Below are positions 28,487 through 38,727 of a stretch of DNA of 64,000 nt, piece by piece. The stretch comes from Candidatus Kryptoniota bacterium. Lineage in GTDB: Bacteria; Bacteroidota; Ignavibacteria; Kryptoniales; Kryptoniaceae. The position numbers and the translations under genes are program-made. How positions within the stretch are numbered: position 1 is the first letter of the stretch; each line of letters starts with the position of its first letter. The notes under the pieces were generated by a model. It searched no databases, was not told the DNA's origin, and worked only from the letters and a program-made list of their open reading frames with translations. The stretch spans positions 24,964-88,963 of the forward strand of contig JBEPZK010000002.1 in the NCBI GenBank assembly GCA_041640855.1, given 5' to 3'.

Positions 28487-31003
28487 ATGAAAGCAGTTAT
28501 AATGGCAGGTGGATTTGGAACACGCCTTAGACCGCTTACGATGAATATTCCAAAACCGATGGTTCCAGTTGTAAATATACCGATTATGCACAGGATAATT
28601 TCGCTTTTAAAAAAACACGGGATATGGGATATCATAGCTCTTGTCTATTACTATCCCGAGGTGATAATGAATTATTTCAAAGATGGGAAAGATTTTGGAG
28701 TTAAAATTTCGTATGTGAAAGCGGAAGCTGACTTTGGCACTGCTGGAAGCGTGAGAAATGCCGCGGAGTTGATAGGGAATGATGAATTCGTCGTGATAAG
28801 CGGGGATATTTTAACTGATATCGATATTTCAAAGGCTATCGATTATCATTTTAGCAAAAAGTCGAAGGCAACGATTGTAATAACAAGGGTTAAGAATCCG
28901 CTTTCATATGGAATTGTAATAGTTAAGGACACAGGCGAGATATCGAGGTTTCTTGAAAAACCAAGTTGGGGCGAGGTTTTCAGCGATACGATTAACACGG
29001 GAATTTATGTTTTAAATCCATCTGTTTTTGAATTTATCCCATATAAGCAGGAGTTTGACTTTAGCAAAAATCTGTTTCCGATTTTGCTCGAAAAAAAGAT
29101 ACCTTTTTATGGCTTTGTAACCCAAAATTATTGGCGCGACATTGGAACTTTAGCTGATTACCTTGAAGCACATCTTGATTGTCTCTCCGGCGCAGTCGAT
29201 ATCGAAATAGAAGGAGAAAAAATTGAAACAAAGAAAGCAGTAATTTATGTTGGAAAAAATTCGGTCGTCGAGGATATCGATAAATTTGAAGGTGTGGTTG
29301 TGGTAGGTGATGGGACGAGAGTTGGGAAAGGTGTAAAAATTTCCAACTCTGTGATCGGTTCAAACTGTTATATCGGGAATGAATGTAAAATTGAAAATTC
29401 AGTGATATGGGATAAAACTAAAGTTGGAGATAAAGCAAAATTAACGCTTGATGTTATCGGATATGAATGTGTAATTGGTGAAGGTGCGGAGATAAACGAG
29501 AATGTTTTTATAAGCGACCATTGCACAATTGGAAGCGGAGCAAAGTTAATGTCGAATATAAAACTTTGGCCATGGAAAGTTGTAGAAGATGGGTCGGTTT
29601 TATCGAAAAGTTTAGTGTGGGAAGATAAGTGGCTAAAAGAACTTTTTACCGAATCAAGGGTAAGTGGAATTTCAAATGTTGAAATGACCCCCGAATTTGG
29701 GGCAAAGCTTGGCGCAGCTTTTGGAGCGTTCCTTGGACAAGGTAAAACTGTGCTTGCAAGCAGAGATGCTGACAATGTCTCGAGGATGATAAATCGAGCA
29801 TTAATTTGCGGACTTATCTCCGCCGGGCTTAATGTCGACGACCTTCGCGTCGCCTCAATTCCAATGGTTAGACATGAACTTCGAAGTGGTAAATACGCCG
29901 GGGGATTACATGTGAGAAAGTCACCGATAGATAAACATCAAACGGATATTATATTTTTGGATGCAAATGGAACGGATTTGCCAACAAGCAAAGCAAAAAC
30001 TATAGAGAGATTGTTTTTCGGCGAAGACTTCCCAAGAGTTCCTTACGATAAGGTTGGGACAATTAATTTTCCCGTTAGAGTTTCGGAAGGATACATAGAG
30101 AAGTTTTTATCTTGTATAAATGTCGATTTAATACGTAAGCAAAGTTTCAAAATTGTTATCGATTATTCAAATGGTGTCGCTGTGATGATTTTTCCGAATA
30201 TCCTTGGACAATTGGGATGTCAAGTTGTTTCGTTAAATGCTTATCTTGACCCGTCGAAGTTGACAAGGGATGAAATAGAGTTTAAAAAAGCGATAAATGA
30301 ATTATCTCGAATTGTCACATCGATTCGCTATGATGTTGGATTTATGTTGAACCCTGGGGCTGAGAGAATTTGGGTTGTAGATGAAAGAGGCAGGTTGATA
30401 TCAGACAATAGACTTCTTTCCATAGTTTTAAAGCTCTTCCTTGAAGCAAATCATGATAGGGTGAGAAAAATTGCAGTTCCTGTAACTGCTTCGCTTGAGG
30501 TTGAAATGATAGCAAGCGAGTACAATGTTGAAGTTGTAAGGACACGGAATTCTCACTATGCGATGATGGAAGCGGTTTTGAAAGATCCAGAAATTAAATT
30601 TGTCGGCGGAACAAGAGGTGGTTTTATTTTTCCTGAGTTTCTCTTCGCATCTGACGGGATGTTTGCGATTTCAAAAATACTTGAGTTGATGTCGATTACT
30701 GGTATGAAAATAGGGGAAATTGAACAATCCTTACCGAAGCTATTTTTAAAACAAATGACGATGCCTTGCCCGCGCGATTTGAAAGGTAAAGTTATGCGAA
30801 TTGCAACGCTTGAGACAGAACAATACAAAAGACAACTTATAGATGGTGTTAAAATTTTTCTTGATGATATAACCTGGGTTTTAATTTTGCCCGATAATCG
30901 AAGAAGCGAATTGCATATTTTTGTGGAGTCGGACGAGGAGAAAAAAGTTGATGAATTAATACAAACTTACTCAGCAAAAATTGAAAATTGGTTGAAATCC
31001 TGA
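28487..31003 (+). CDS. Mannose-1-phosphate guanylyltransferase fused to a phosphomannomutase-like domain
   Basis: AGGFGTRLRPLT, GTAGSV, SGDILTD, INTGIY, YWRDIG and hexapeptide repeats, followed by a PGM/PMM-fold C-terminal half. Confidence 0.85.
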   Translation: MKAVIMAGGFGTRLRPLTMNIPKPMVPVVNIPIMHRIISLLKKHGIWDIIALVYYYPEVIMNYFKDGKDFGVKISYVKAEADFGTAGSVRNAAELIGNDEFVVISGDILTDIDISKAIDYHFSKKSKATIVITRVKNPLSYGIVIVKDTGEISRFLEKPSWGEVFSDTINTGIYVLNPSVFEFIPYKQEFDFSKNLFPILLEKKIPFYGFVTQNYWRDIGTLADYLEAHLDCLSGAVDIEIEGEKIETKKAVIYVGKNSVVEDIDKFEGVVVVGDGTRVGKGVKISNSVIGSNCYIGNECKIENSVIWDKTKVGDKAKLTLDVIGYECVIGEGAEINENVFISDHCTIGSGAKLMSNIKLWPWKVVEDGSVLSKSLVWEDKWLKELFTESRVSGISNVEMTPEFGAKLGAAFGAFLGQGKTVLASRDADNVSRMINRALICGLISAGLNVDDLRVASIPMVRHELRSGKYAGGLHVRKSPIDKHQTDIIFLDANGTDLPTSKAKTIERLFFGEDFPRVPYDKVGTINFPVRVSEGYIEKFLSCINVDLIRKQSFKIVIDYSNGVAVMIFPNILGQLGCQVVSLNAYLDPSKLTRDEIEFKKAINELSRIVTSIRYDVGFMLNPGAERIWVVDERGRLISDNRLLSIVLKLFLEANHDRVRKIAVPVTASLEVEMIASEYNVEVVRTRNSHYAMMEAVLKDPEIKFVGGTRGGFIFPEFLFASDGMFAISKILELMSITGMKIGEIEQSLPKLFLKQMTMPCPRDLKGKVMRIATLETEQYKRQLIDGVKIFLDDITWVLILPDNRRSELHIFVESDEEKKVDELIQTYSAKIENWLKS

Positions 31004-31023
31004 AAAACAAAATAGGATAGACT

Positions 31024-31491
31024 GTGAAAATAAGTGATATTTTAACCGAAGAGTTCGTTATAGTTGGACTTGATGTCTCTTCAAAGGAGGACGCTATAAA
31101 CGCACTTGTCGATCTGCTAGCAAAGTCAGATAAAGTTAAAAACATAAATAAAGTAAGGGAAGCGGTATTTGAAAGAGAAAAAATAATGACAACTGGGGTT
31201 GGTAAAGGTTTTGCTGTTCCTCATGGAAAAACCGATGCTGTCACAGGCATAGTCGGTGCATTTGCCATTACAAAAAAGCCTATCGATTATGATTCGCTTG
31301 ATGGAGAACCAGTGCGACTTATATTTTTATTGGTCGGCAGAGATAATATGGTTGGACCTCATATTAAGCTTTTGAGCAGAATTTCAAAATTGATGAACGA
31401 TAATAACTTTCGTGAAAAATTGTTAAACGCGAAGGAACCTAAAGAAGTTGTCGATTTATTCAAAACAGAGGAAGAAAAATATCTTGGCTGA
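31024..31491 (+). CDS. PTS EIIA domain protein (PtsN/fructose type)
   Basis: FEREKIMTTGVGKGFAVPHGK with the phospho-acceptor His; HIKLLSRISKL. Confidence 0.88.
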   Translation: MKISDILTEEFVIVGLDVSSKEDAINALVDLLAKSDKVKNINKVREAVFEREKIMTTGVGKGFAVPHGKTDAVTGIVGAFAITKKPIDYDSLDGEPVRLIFLLVGRDNMVGPHIKLLSRISKLMNDNNFREKLLNAKEPKEVVDLFKTEEEKYLG

Positions 31492-32779
31492 GAGAAGAAC
31501 ATTAATAAAAAATATCCGCGGCACGAGGGATATACTACCTGATGAATCGTACAAATGGCAACATATTGAGAAGAAAGTCAGAAAAATCTTTGAGGTATAT
31601 AACTACAAAGAAATAAGAACGCCTATATTTGAAGAAACAGAATTATTCGCACGTGGAATCGGAGAATTAACAGATATCGTTAGTAAGGAAATGTATACAT
31701 TTCTTGATAAAGGTGGGACAAGTTTAACTTTAAAGCCCGAGATGACCGCATCAGTTATGCGAGCGTATATACAGCATGAGATCAATAAACAAACGCCAAT
31801 TTTTAAGGTTTACTATATTTCTCCAATGTTTAGACAAGAACGACCTCAAGCTGGAAGATTACGGCAATTTCATCAAATTGGAGCGGAAGCGATAGGAAGC
31901 AAAACCCCGCAAACTGATGCGGAAATAATTGCTCTCGCTTTGGATATAATTGAAAGTTTTGGAATAAGAAATTATACGCTTAAAATTAACTCCGTTGGAT
32001 GTCAATCCTGCCGCCCTGAGTACAAGACAATTTTAGTCGATTACTTTAGAAAATTTTACAACGAACTTTCTGAAGATAGCAAAAAACGTCTAGAGAATAA
32101 TCCTCTCAGAATTCTTGATTCAAAAGACGAAAGGGACAAGAAAATCAGCGAAAAAGCCCCAATAATTTTAGATTATCTCTGCGACGAATGTAAAAAACAT
32201 TTTGAGGATTTGAAATCTTTCTTGGATGACCTTGGTATCAAATATGAAATAGCCCCGCATCTTGTTCGCGGACTTGATTACTATACAAAGACTGCTTTTG
32301 AGATTATAAGTCCTGAACTTGGTTCACAGGATGCGATAGCAGGCGGTGGAAGGTATGACCTTTTGTCGAAGGAAATCGGTGGTCTTGATATACCAGGTGT
32401 TGGTTTTGCTTTGGGGATTGAGAGAATGATGTTGATTTTAGAAAAAAATAATTACAATTTTGGGGAGCCATCGAAACCTTTTGTTTTCATCGCTTGTCTT
32501 GATGCAGAATCGCAAAAATTGGGGATGAATTTAGCTCAAAAACTTAGAAGGAAAATGATACCTTGTGAGATTGATCTTCTTCAAAGAAGTTTAAAATCAC
32601 AGATGAAAGAAGCAGATAGGCAGGGGGCTAAGTATGTTATAATCATAGGTGAGCAAGAAATTAAAGACAAACAATTTCTTGTCCGCGATATGAAAAACGG
32701 AGCACAAGTAAATGTAAATTTTGATCAAATTTTAGAATTTATCTCATCGAAATATGCCGAGGAAACTACCGAGAATTGA
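31484..32779 (+). CDS. hisS: Histidine--tRNA ligase
   Basis: RGTRD, RTPIFE, KEMY, LKPEMTA, RQERPQAGRLRQFHQ, RGLDYY and GGGRYD. TTG 31484 overlaps the upstream stop. Confidence 0.97.
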   Translation: MAERRTLIKNIRGTRDILPDESYKWQHIEKKVRKIFEVYNYKEIRTPIFEETELFARGIGELTDIVSKEMYTFLDKGGTSLTLKPEMTASVMRAYIQHEINKQTPIFKVYYISPMFRQERPQAGRLRQFHQIGAEAIGSKTPQTDAEIIALALDIIESFGIRNYTLKINSVGCQSCRPEYKTILVDYFRKFYNELSEDSKKRLENNPLRILDSKDERDKKISEKAPIILDYLCDECKKHFEDLKSFLDDLGIKYEIAPHLVRGLDYYTKTAFEIISPELGSQDAIAGGGRYDLLSKEIGGLDIPGVGFALGIERMMLILEKNNYNFGEPSKPFVFIACLDAESQKLGMNLAQKLRRKMIPCEIDLLQRSLKSQMKEADRQGAKYVIIIGEQEIKDKQFLVRDMKNGAQVNVNFDQILEFISSKYAEETTEN

Positions 32780-33164
32780 ACCAAAACTCAAATACGATTT
32801 TATGCTTTATGTGTCAACCGGATTTGACGAGATAAGAAAGGAGAAATTTTTAAAATTCTTACTTGAGACGACTCAACATTTTCTGGTTTTTACCTATGAA
32901 TTGGATGTCAATGTTATAGTCGAAGATAAAAAAATCACATTTGAAATCCTCGGCTTCAAATCCCCAAACTCGCCGATATCAAAGCCCGGACCAGCAAGGT
33001 TTGAATACAATTTATACAACTACTCTAGCGGGGTTTACACCTTGACGATTATCAAAAGACAAAATATAAAAAATGTCTTCAAAATCTCCATCGCTGGAGA
33101 TAGCATCACTTTAAAGGGCGAGCCAAGAAAAAATAAGTTTGTAAAATTAAACATAGTTCAATAA
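32754..33164 (+). CDS. Hypothetical protein
   Basis: 136-aa ORF fitting tightly between hisS and lgt; no motif recognised. Confidence 0.6.
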   Translation: MPRKLPRIEPKLKYDFMLYVSTGFDEIRKEKFLKFLLETTQHFLVFTYELDVNVIVEDKKITFEILGFKSPNSPISKPGPARFEYNLYNYSSGVYTLTIIKRQNIKNVFKISIAGDSITLKGEPRKNKFVKLNIVQ

Positions 33165-33168
33165 AACA

Positions 33169-34074
33169 ATGCGTCCAATTTTAATACAATTGGGACCAAT
33201 TCCGATTTACAGCTACGGTTTAATGATGGCAATAGCTTTTCTTATCGCTGATTATTTGCTTGGCAAGGAGTTTAAAAGGTCAAAGATAAATGTGAACTAT
33301 GCTAATGAAATGGTGGTTTTAGCACTTGTTTTTGGAATCATTGGAGCAAAGGTTTTATATATCATTGAAAATTTTTCCGATTTTTTAAAAGCACCGTTGG
33401 AGATGATTTTTTCAGCGGGAGGATTAACTTGGTATGGCGGATTTATTTTAGCTTTTATCGTCTTGTTTCTATACGTCAAAAGGAAAAAATTGCCAACTTT
33501 AAAGATTTTAGATTTAGCCTCGCCGGCATTAGCACTTGGATATGGAATTGGGCGAATCGGATGCCACTTAGCTGGTGATGGTGACTATGGCATTCCCACA
33601 TCTCTGCCATGGGGCACAATTTATGCCAACGGAACATTAAAACCATCTTACGCATTACGTTCTTACTTTGAAAGATTTCCGGAACTTGCAGATAAGTATA
33701 ATTATTGGGAGTTAGCTTCTAAGGTTGTTGGACAAGACAAATTCGGTTTAATCACTGAGTTCGATTTACAAATAAAATTACATCCAACACCGATTTATGA
33801 GTTCGTGATGATGTTTTTGATATTTTTGTTTTTATGGAATTATAGAAAAAAGGTTAAGTATTCAGGGCAACTTTTTGGTTTATATTTAGTTTTATCATCA
33901 ATTGAAAGAATTTTAATTGAATTTATTAGACTTAATCCCCCATTGATTTTGGGGCTTACGGAGGCTCAATTGATTTCTATTTTGCTTCTTGTGTTTGGGG
34001 TGTTTTTGCTGATAAGAAAGACTAAATCAAGGAACAAAGGGAGGGAGGAAGATAAAAATGATAACAATAGGTAA
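33169..34074 (+). CDS. lgt: Prolipoprotein diacylglyceryl transferase
   Basis: IYSYGLMMA, GGLTWYGG, GRIGCHLAGDGDYG, HPTPIYE and ERILIEFIR. Confidence 0.9.
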   Translation: MRPILIQLGPIPIYSYGLMMAIAFLIADYLLGKEFKRSKINVNYANEMVVLALVFGIIGAKVLYIIENFSDFLKAPLEMIFSAGGLTWYGGFILAFIVLFLYVKRKKLPTLKILDLASPALALGYGIGRIGCHLAGDGDYGIPTSLPWGTIYANGTLKPSYALRSYFERFPELADKYNYWELASKVVGQDKFGLITEFDLQIKLHPTPIYEFVMMFLIFLFLWNYRKKVKYSGQLFGLYLVLSSIERILIEFIRLNPPLILGLTEAQLISILLLVFGVFLLIRKTKSRNKGREEDKNDNNR

Positions 34075-34264
34075 AATTTTACAAGCGATTGGCATTGCCG
34101 AGACAATGATAGGTTTAATTGCTGGTTTACAAGGGAGCATGGGTAAGGAGATGCTTTACACAGGAATTGGCATTGGAGTTTTTATTATTGGCAGATTCAC
34201 TGAGAGAATCGGATGGAGGAGAAAATTTAAAGATGGCTCTCAAATCGATTGCAACGCTTCGTAG
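34058..34264 (+). CDS. Small hypothetical membrane protein (68 aa, two TM segments)
   Basis: GGAGG at 34044-34048 upstream of ATG; two hydrophobic segments. Confidence 0.55.
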   Translation: MITIGKILQAIGIAETMIGLIAGLQGSMGKEMLYTGIGIGVFIIGRFTERIGWRRKFKDGSQIDCNAS

Positions 34265-35358
34265 AATTTTTTCATTTCATTTTCCCAGCTTAATTTTTCC
34301 ATTGCTTTCTCACAGTTTTTCACCATAGAAGCATATATCGAATCATCCTCGATAAGTATTTTAATTGCTTTGTAAATTTCATCAAAATTTTGCGGATCAA
34401 CCAAAATGCCAACTTTATATTTATCAACTATTGATTTAATTTCGGGGAAATCGCTTGCTACAAAGGGAATCTTGTGGGTAATATATTCAAAAATTTTGTT
34501 TGGAAGCGAATAAACGTAGCTCAACGAAACCGGTTCGATAATGCATAATCCTATAATTCGGGAAACTTTCGGAAAAAGAAGGGTTTCGGTGGGGGAGTAG
34601 GGACCCAAGATAAAAACCTTATTTCCCATTTCTCGTTTTCTTATTTCTGCTTCAATTTCATTTTTCAGCTCTCCTTTGCCGATAAGTAAAAGTTTAGCAT
34701 CAATTGATTCGCTCTTTAGCTTGGCAATTAAATCGAGATATATGCTAAATCCTCTGCCTGGGTGAAAGTTTCCAAGATAAACTAAAAAAACATCGCTTGG
34801 CTCGATATTTATTTTATAAAAATGCCCGCTATTTTTTTGCTCAGGATAATTTCGAATAACAATGATTTTTTTATATTGGAATTTACTTGATAATAATTCA
34901 GAAATTTTTTGATTTACAGTTAGTATAAGACTTGCTCTTGATACAAAAAATATCTCAAATTTTGAAAGTAATAATTGTACAAATTTTCTCTTGGTTGTTG
35001 AGGCAAGACTTGAGTAAAGCTCTCTTGAATCATAAACCAATTTAGCCTTTGCCTTTATAGAAATAAACCATGCAAGTGGCAGTGAAAATAAGTCAGATGC
35101 TACTACAATATCGGGTTTCACTTTAAAAATTCGGGGAAATGATTTAAGGTAAAATTGAATAATCTTAAAGATCGCCCTTTTCCACCTTTTTAGATCAACA
35201 TAGCAAATGCTTGGGTCTTTAAGTTTTTCTTCGCCAGGTTCGCTCGCGCAAATAACGCAAGTTTCATGGGTAGATTCAACAAGAAATTTAAACATCTTGA
35301 AACTTCTTGAATCATGCGCAATATTTCCGAGAAAAATAATGCAAATTTTAGATTTCAT
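34240..35358 (-). CDS. Glycosyltransferase family 4
   Basis: LVYDSRE, YLGNFHPGRG and LPNKIFEYITHKIPFVASDFP (GT-B signature). Confidence 0.88.
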   Translation of the reverse strand: MKSKICIIFLGNIAHDSRSFKMFKFLVESTHETCVICASEPGEEKLKDPSICYVDLKRWKRAIFKIIQFYLKSFPRIFKVKPDIVVASDLFSLPLAWFISIKAKAKLVYDSRELYSSLASTTKRKFVQLLLSKFEIFFVSRASLILTVNQKISELLSSKFQYKKIIVIRNYPEQKNSGHFYKINIEPSDVFLVYLGNFHPGRGFSIYLDLIAKLKSESIDAKLLLIGKGELKNEIEAEIRKREMGNKVFILGPYSPTETLLFPKVSRIIGLCIIEPVSLSYVYSLPNKIFEYITHKIPFVASDFPEIKSIVDKYKVGILVDPQNFDEIYKAIKILIEDDSIYASMVKNCEKAMEKLSWENEMKKFYEALQSI

Positions 35359-35361
35359 CGG

Positions 35362-36264
35362 TTAAATTTTTATCTCTAATGTTAGCGAGTGAGAATCGGG
35401 AAAACCAAATTCAAATAATGAAAATGCATAGTTAATTGAAAAGTTTTTCAAGTTAACCCCTAAGCCAAATCCTAGTGATTTTGCTTGAGCACCAAATTCA
35501 TATCCTGATCTTAGCGAAATAATGGATAAGAGGTCCATACCTATACCAAGGGAAGTGAGATTTAAGTTTTCATAAAATCTAAATTTGGTTTTTGCATGAA
35601 GAAAAAACTTAAAATCCTCGAGCGGAGCATAAACAGTTGATGCTCCAAATGCTAACGTTGTAGGTAAATTTATCCCTTCATTTCTATACCTTCCTTTGAA
35701 CCCAAAATCTTTTAAGGAAGCACCAATGTTTAGGTTAAATCGTGAGAAATCAAAACTATGCATAAGCCCAATGTCGAACGCGATCGTTTGAGTTTCATCC
35801 ACAAAAATTTTTTCAAAAACATATTTTGCGGTTACCCCAATTTTTGTATTTGAGTTTGTATTTGGTGCAACGGATAAAGCAAATGAAAAATCCCTTGATG
35901 AGAATGTAGCTTCGGGCTTTCCAGGTCTATCCCTAATTTCAATGTCAGATATAGTGAAAGAAGTTAGACTTAAAGCAAAGTTTAAAAACTTACTTGGTAT
36001 CCCAACTGAACCATAGAAAAACTTACCGTCAACCATCCAATTGCGATATGTAAATAGAACAGAGGTATTTGAACCTAGTTTAGCCAAACCAGCTGGGTTA
36101 TAGTATACCGTTCCTACTCCCATCGGACTTGATATCCCCGCATCGCTAAGGGAGATATTTTTAGCGTCCACGCCTATGGTTAAAAAGTTAAAGCCAGTTT
36201 TACCGCCGCAAAACAAAGTCTGTGTCAAAATTATCAGCGCGATAATTACCCTGAAATTTACCAT
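35362..36264 (-). CDS. PorV/PorQ-family outer-membrane beta-barrel
   Basis: Signal peptide, FLTIGVDAKNISL, YYNPAGL, alternating beta strands, LRSGY and terminal HSLTLEIKI. Confidence 0.8.
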   Translation of the reverse strand: MVNFRVIIALIILTQTLFCGGKTGFNFLTIGVDAKNISLSDAGISSPMGVGTVYYNPAGLAKLGSNTSVLFTYRNWMVDGKFFYGSVGIPSKFLNFALSLTSFTISDIEIRDRPGKPEATFSSRDFSFALSVAPNTNSNTKIGVTAKYVFEKIFVDETQTIAFDIGLMHSFDFSRFNLNIGASLKDFGFKGRYRNEGINLPTTLAFGASTVYAPLEDFKFFLHAKTKFRFYENLNLTSLGIGMDLLSIISLRSGYEFGAQAKSLGFGLGVNLKNFSINYAFSLFEFGFPDSHSLTLEIKI

Positions 36265-36278
36265 AACTGCATCTTAAT

Positions 36279-37241
36279 TTATATTTCTAAACCTAATGTT
36301 AACAGTTGTATGTTGCTAGGAGAATATCGTTCGAACTTATAAGCGTAATCAAAAGATAGTATTATATGCCCAAATTTTCTTCTGATACCGAAACCAACTG
36401 AAAGATACGGATAATAAAAAATTTCAACTCCACTTCTTATACAAAAAACTTGGTTTATTTTCTTAAACTGTTCTGATAAAAAATACAACGGGAAAATTTC
36501 ACCGCCAAGACTAATTTTTCGCTCATTTCCAACGAAATTGAAATCAACCGAGGTTAAGAACACATCTTTAATCATATAAGAAAATCCAAACCTTTTTGTA
36601 ACAGGGAAAGTCTCCGTTATAGTCCGACCTTGCTCACGATAAATCACAGATGAATCCCATTTATATTTAGCGTTTAAATCATGAATGGATGCGGAAAAAG
36701 ATATATTTTCGTTCAACTTGAACAAAAGCCCAAAGTCAATGCCAAGCGTTCGCGAATTTATATTCTGATAAAGACTACTATAATAAAGTTTCAAAGATAT
36801 ACCAAGTGACAATTTTTCAACCACTCTATTTGAAAACGAAAAGCCGAACAGATACTCTGCTGTATTACGATTTCCAAGATGATACCCATCCACATCTCTT
36901 AAATCAACATTCTTTACTCCAGCGCGAATCAAAAAAATTGAAAAACCTGCGGTTGGATAAAGCGATTGCGTATAATGAAGAAAATCAAGATTTCTATCAA
37001 GTGATAAAATTCCGATCGTGATCGAAGCTTTCTTCAAATCAACGAAAGGAAGAACAGCTGGATTGTAATACCCCGTAACTTCCCCGTAAACGACAGAACT
37101 CATTGCATTTCCCATGGAAATACCTCTCGAGCCAAAACCAAGCCGAGAAAAAGAAGCAACTGAAAAATTTTGAGAATAAATCGTTGTGACAACAATTGAT
37201 GTTAACAAAATTATTTTACTGGATGACCAGAATCTTGCCAT
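36279..37241 (-). CDS. PorV/PorQ-family outer-membrane beta-barrel
   Basis: Signal peptide, RLGFGSRGISMGNA, YYNPAVL, GIDFGLLF and FDYAY. Confidence 0.78.
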   Translation of the reverse strand: MARFWSSSKIILLTSIVVTTIYSQNFSVASFSRLGFGSRGISMGNAMSSVVYGEVTGYYNPAVLPFVDLKKASITIGILSLDRNLDFLHYTQSLYPTAGFSIFLIRAGVKNVDLRDVDGYHLGNRNTAEYLFGFSFSNRVVEKLSLGISLKLYYSSLYQNINSRTLGIDFGLLFKLNENISFSASIHDLNAKYKWDSSVIYREQGRTITETFPVTKRFGFSYMIKDVFLTSVDFNFVGNERKISLGGEIFPLYFLSEQFKKINQVFCIRSGVEIFYYPYLSVGFGIRRKFGHIILSFDYAYKFERYSPSNIQLLTLGLEI

Positions 37242-38727
37242 ATAATTCCTTGTCGTCTATTTTAATTCTATAAAAATATACACCATTGGGGACGATATTT
37301 CCAGAGTTATCTTTCCCATCCCAAACCTCGTCATATTCTCTTTTTCCAGTTCTTTGGGCATTTGAAATTATAGTTCTAATTTTTCTCATAGCAAAGTCGA
37401 AAATTTCAATGGTCACATTACTTTTTGATGATTCCACGCTGTAGTGAATTCTTGTAACCTCATTCCAAGGTGAGAATGGATTTGGATAGGCGTATGTTTT
37501 ATCAGTTCCGGCGGTTTTCTCATACGCTCTAAAAATATGGAATGTTTCTTCAAATGTTTCTGAATCTTTAAACTTAACAAGTCCATCTGCACTTCCCGCC
37601 CAAATTGTGTCGCCTTGAACACCGATCGAATAAAAAGTATTCGTATAAATTGCTTGATGAGACAAAAGGTCGATTATGTTACCGACTTTTCTCCACGTTT
37701 TCCCAAAGTCCGAAGTCCGCCAAAGACCTCTGTCGCTCACAGCATAGACAATTGAATCTTTAAAATCGATATTATGTACGAATTCCCCAATCAATGTCGT
37801 TTTCCATGTATTTCCGCCATCTTCTGAGAAACTTAACGCTTTGTATTCATTCGGGTCGTTTGCGTTTATAGTTGCGCCCCAAATTATGCTTTTCTCAACA
37901 TCTCCGCTTTTAAATTTCTGATTTCCAAGTGCGACGACAAAATTTCCTGAGATTGGCATAGTTTGATTTTGATGATTAAACTTCACCCACGATTTTCCGC
38001 CATCTATCGATTTGTTTATCCCATCAGCTGTGCCAACCCAAATTATTGAATCATCCACAACGATAACCGAAAAAACCCTATGATTCAGGTTTTTTACTGG
38101 GTTAAGCTCAAAGTTTAAATTTTCGTCCGGTTTAATTTGATTTAAAAAATCTGGGGGAAGAACAACCCTTTGCCATGTTTTCCCCATATCGGTTGATTTT
38201 CTAAGCCCCCCTGCAAATGATGCGATAAAGACAGCATCTTTTGAGATAGCAATATCATAAACTATGTTGTTTACTGTTGTTGTTACCGGGAGCGTCTTAA
38301 TTTGATTGACGCCGTAAAACTCAATTGTGTCCGTTTGAGAATCGATAGGTTGATTTACCTTTGTCCAGGTTTCTCCGCCATCAGTCGAATACAGCAATCC
38401 AAGTCCTTCCGGAAATTCGTTATTATCAATTTTAACAGTTCTTGCCAATGCAACCCAAACGACACCATCCCTGCAAGCGATTGCAGAAATTTTGCTTGTT
38501 CCAAATTCCGGAGTTTGGTAATAATTTTTCCACGTCCTTCCACCGTCGGTTGTTCTACTAAGTCCCTTGCTTGAGCCAACCCAAACTGTATCCCCATTAA
38601 TGCATATATTCGTCACTATATTTCCAGCGGGTATATCTGAGAAAGAGTTTAATTCGTAGTTAAGTTTTAATTGTGAAAAAAGAAAATTCGTGGCGAAAAT
38701 TATAAGCAAAGATATCCGGTTTTTCAT
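37216..38727 (-). CDS. Secreted BNR/Asp-box beta-propeller protein with FlgD-Ig/T9SS-type C-terminal domain
   Basis: Six Asp boxes (RTTDGGRTW, YSTDGGETW, KSTDMGKTW, KSIDGGKSW, FSEDGGNTW, RTSDFGKTW); tail AYPNPFSP...WDGKDNSGNIVPNGVYFY. Confidence 0.82.
   Translation of the reverse strand: MKNRISLLIIFATNFLFSQLKLNYELNSFSDIPAGNIVTNICINGDTVWVGSSKGLSRTTDGGRTWKNYYQTPEFGTSKISAIACRDGVVWVALARTVKIDNNEFPEGLGLLYSTDGGETWTKVNQPIDSQTDTIEFYGVNQIKTLPVTTTVNNIVYDIAISKDAVFIASFAGGLRKSTDMGKTWQRVVLPPDFLNQIKPDENLNFELNPVKNLNHRVFSVIVVDDSIIWVGTADGINKSIDGGKSWVKFNHQNQTMPISGNFVVALGNQKFKSGDVEKSIIWGATINANDPNEYKALSFSEDGGNTWKTTLIGEFVHNIDFKDSIVYAVSDRGLWRTSDFGKTWRKVGNIIDLLSHQAIYTNTFYSIGVQGDTIWAGSADGLVKFKDSETFEETFHIFRAYEKTAGTDKTYAYPNPFSPWNEVTRIHYSVESSKSNVTIEIFDFAMRKIRTIISNAQRTGKREYDEVWDGKDNSGNIVPNGVYFYRIKIDDKELYGKILVIQ

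Noticed and set aside
37216-38727. Sialidase call for the Asp-box protein, tempting because nanE is in the window
   Set aside because: Asp boxes occur in many propellers, and I see no F/YRIP motif or arginine triad.
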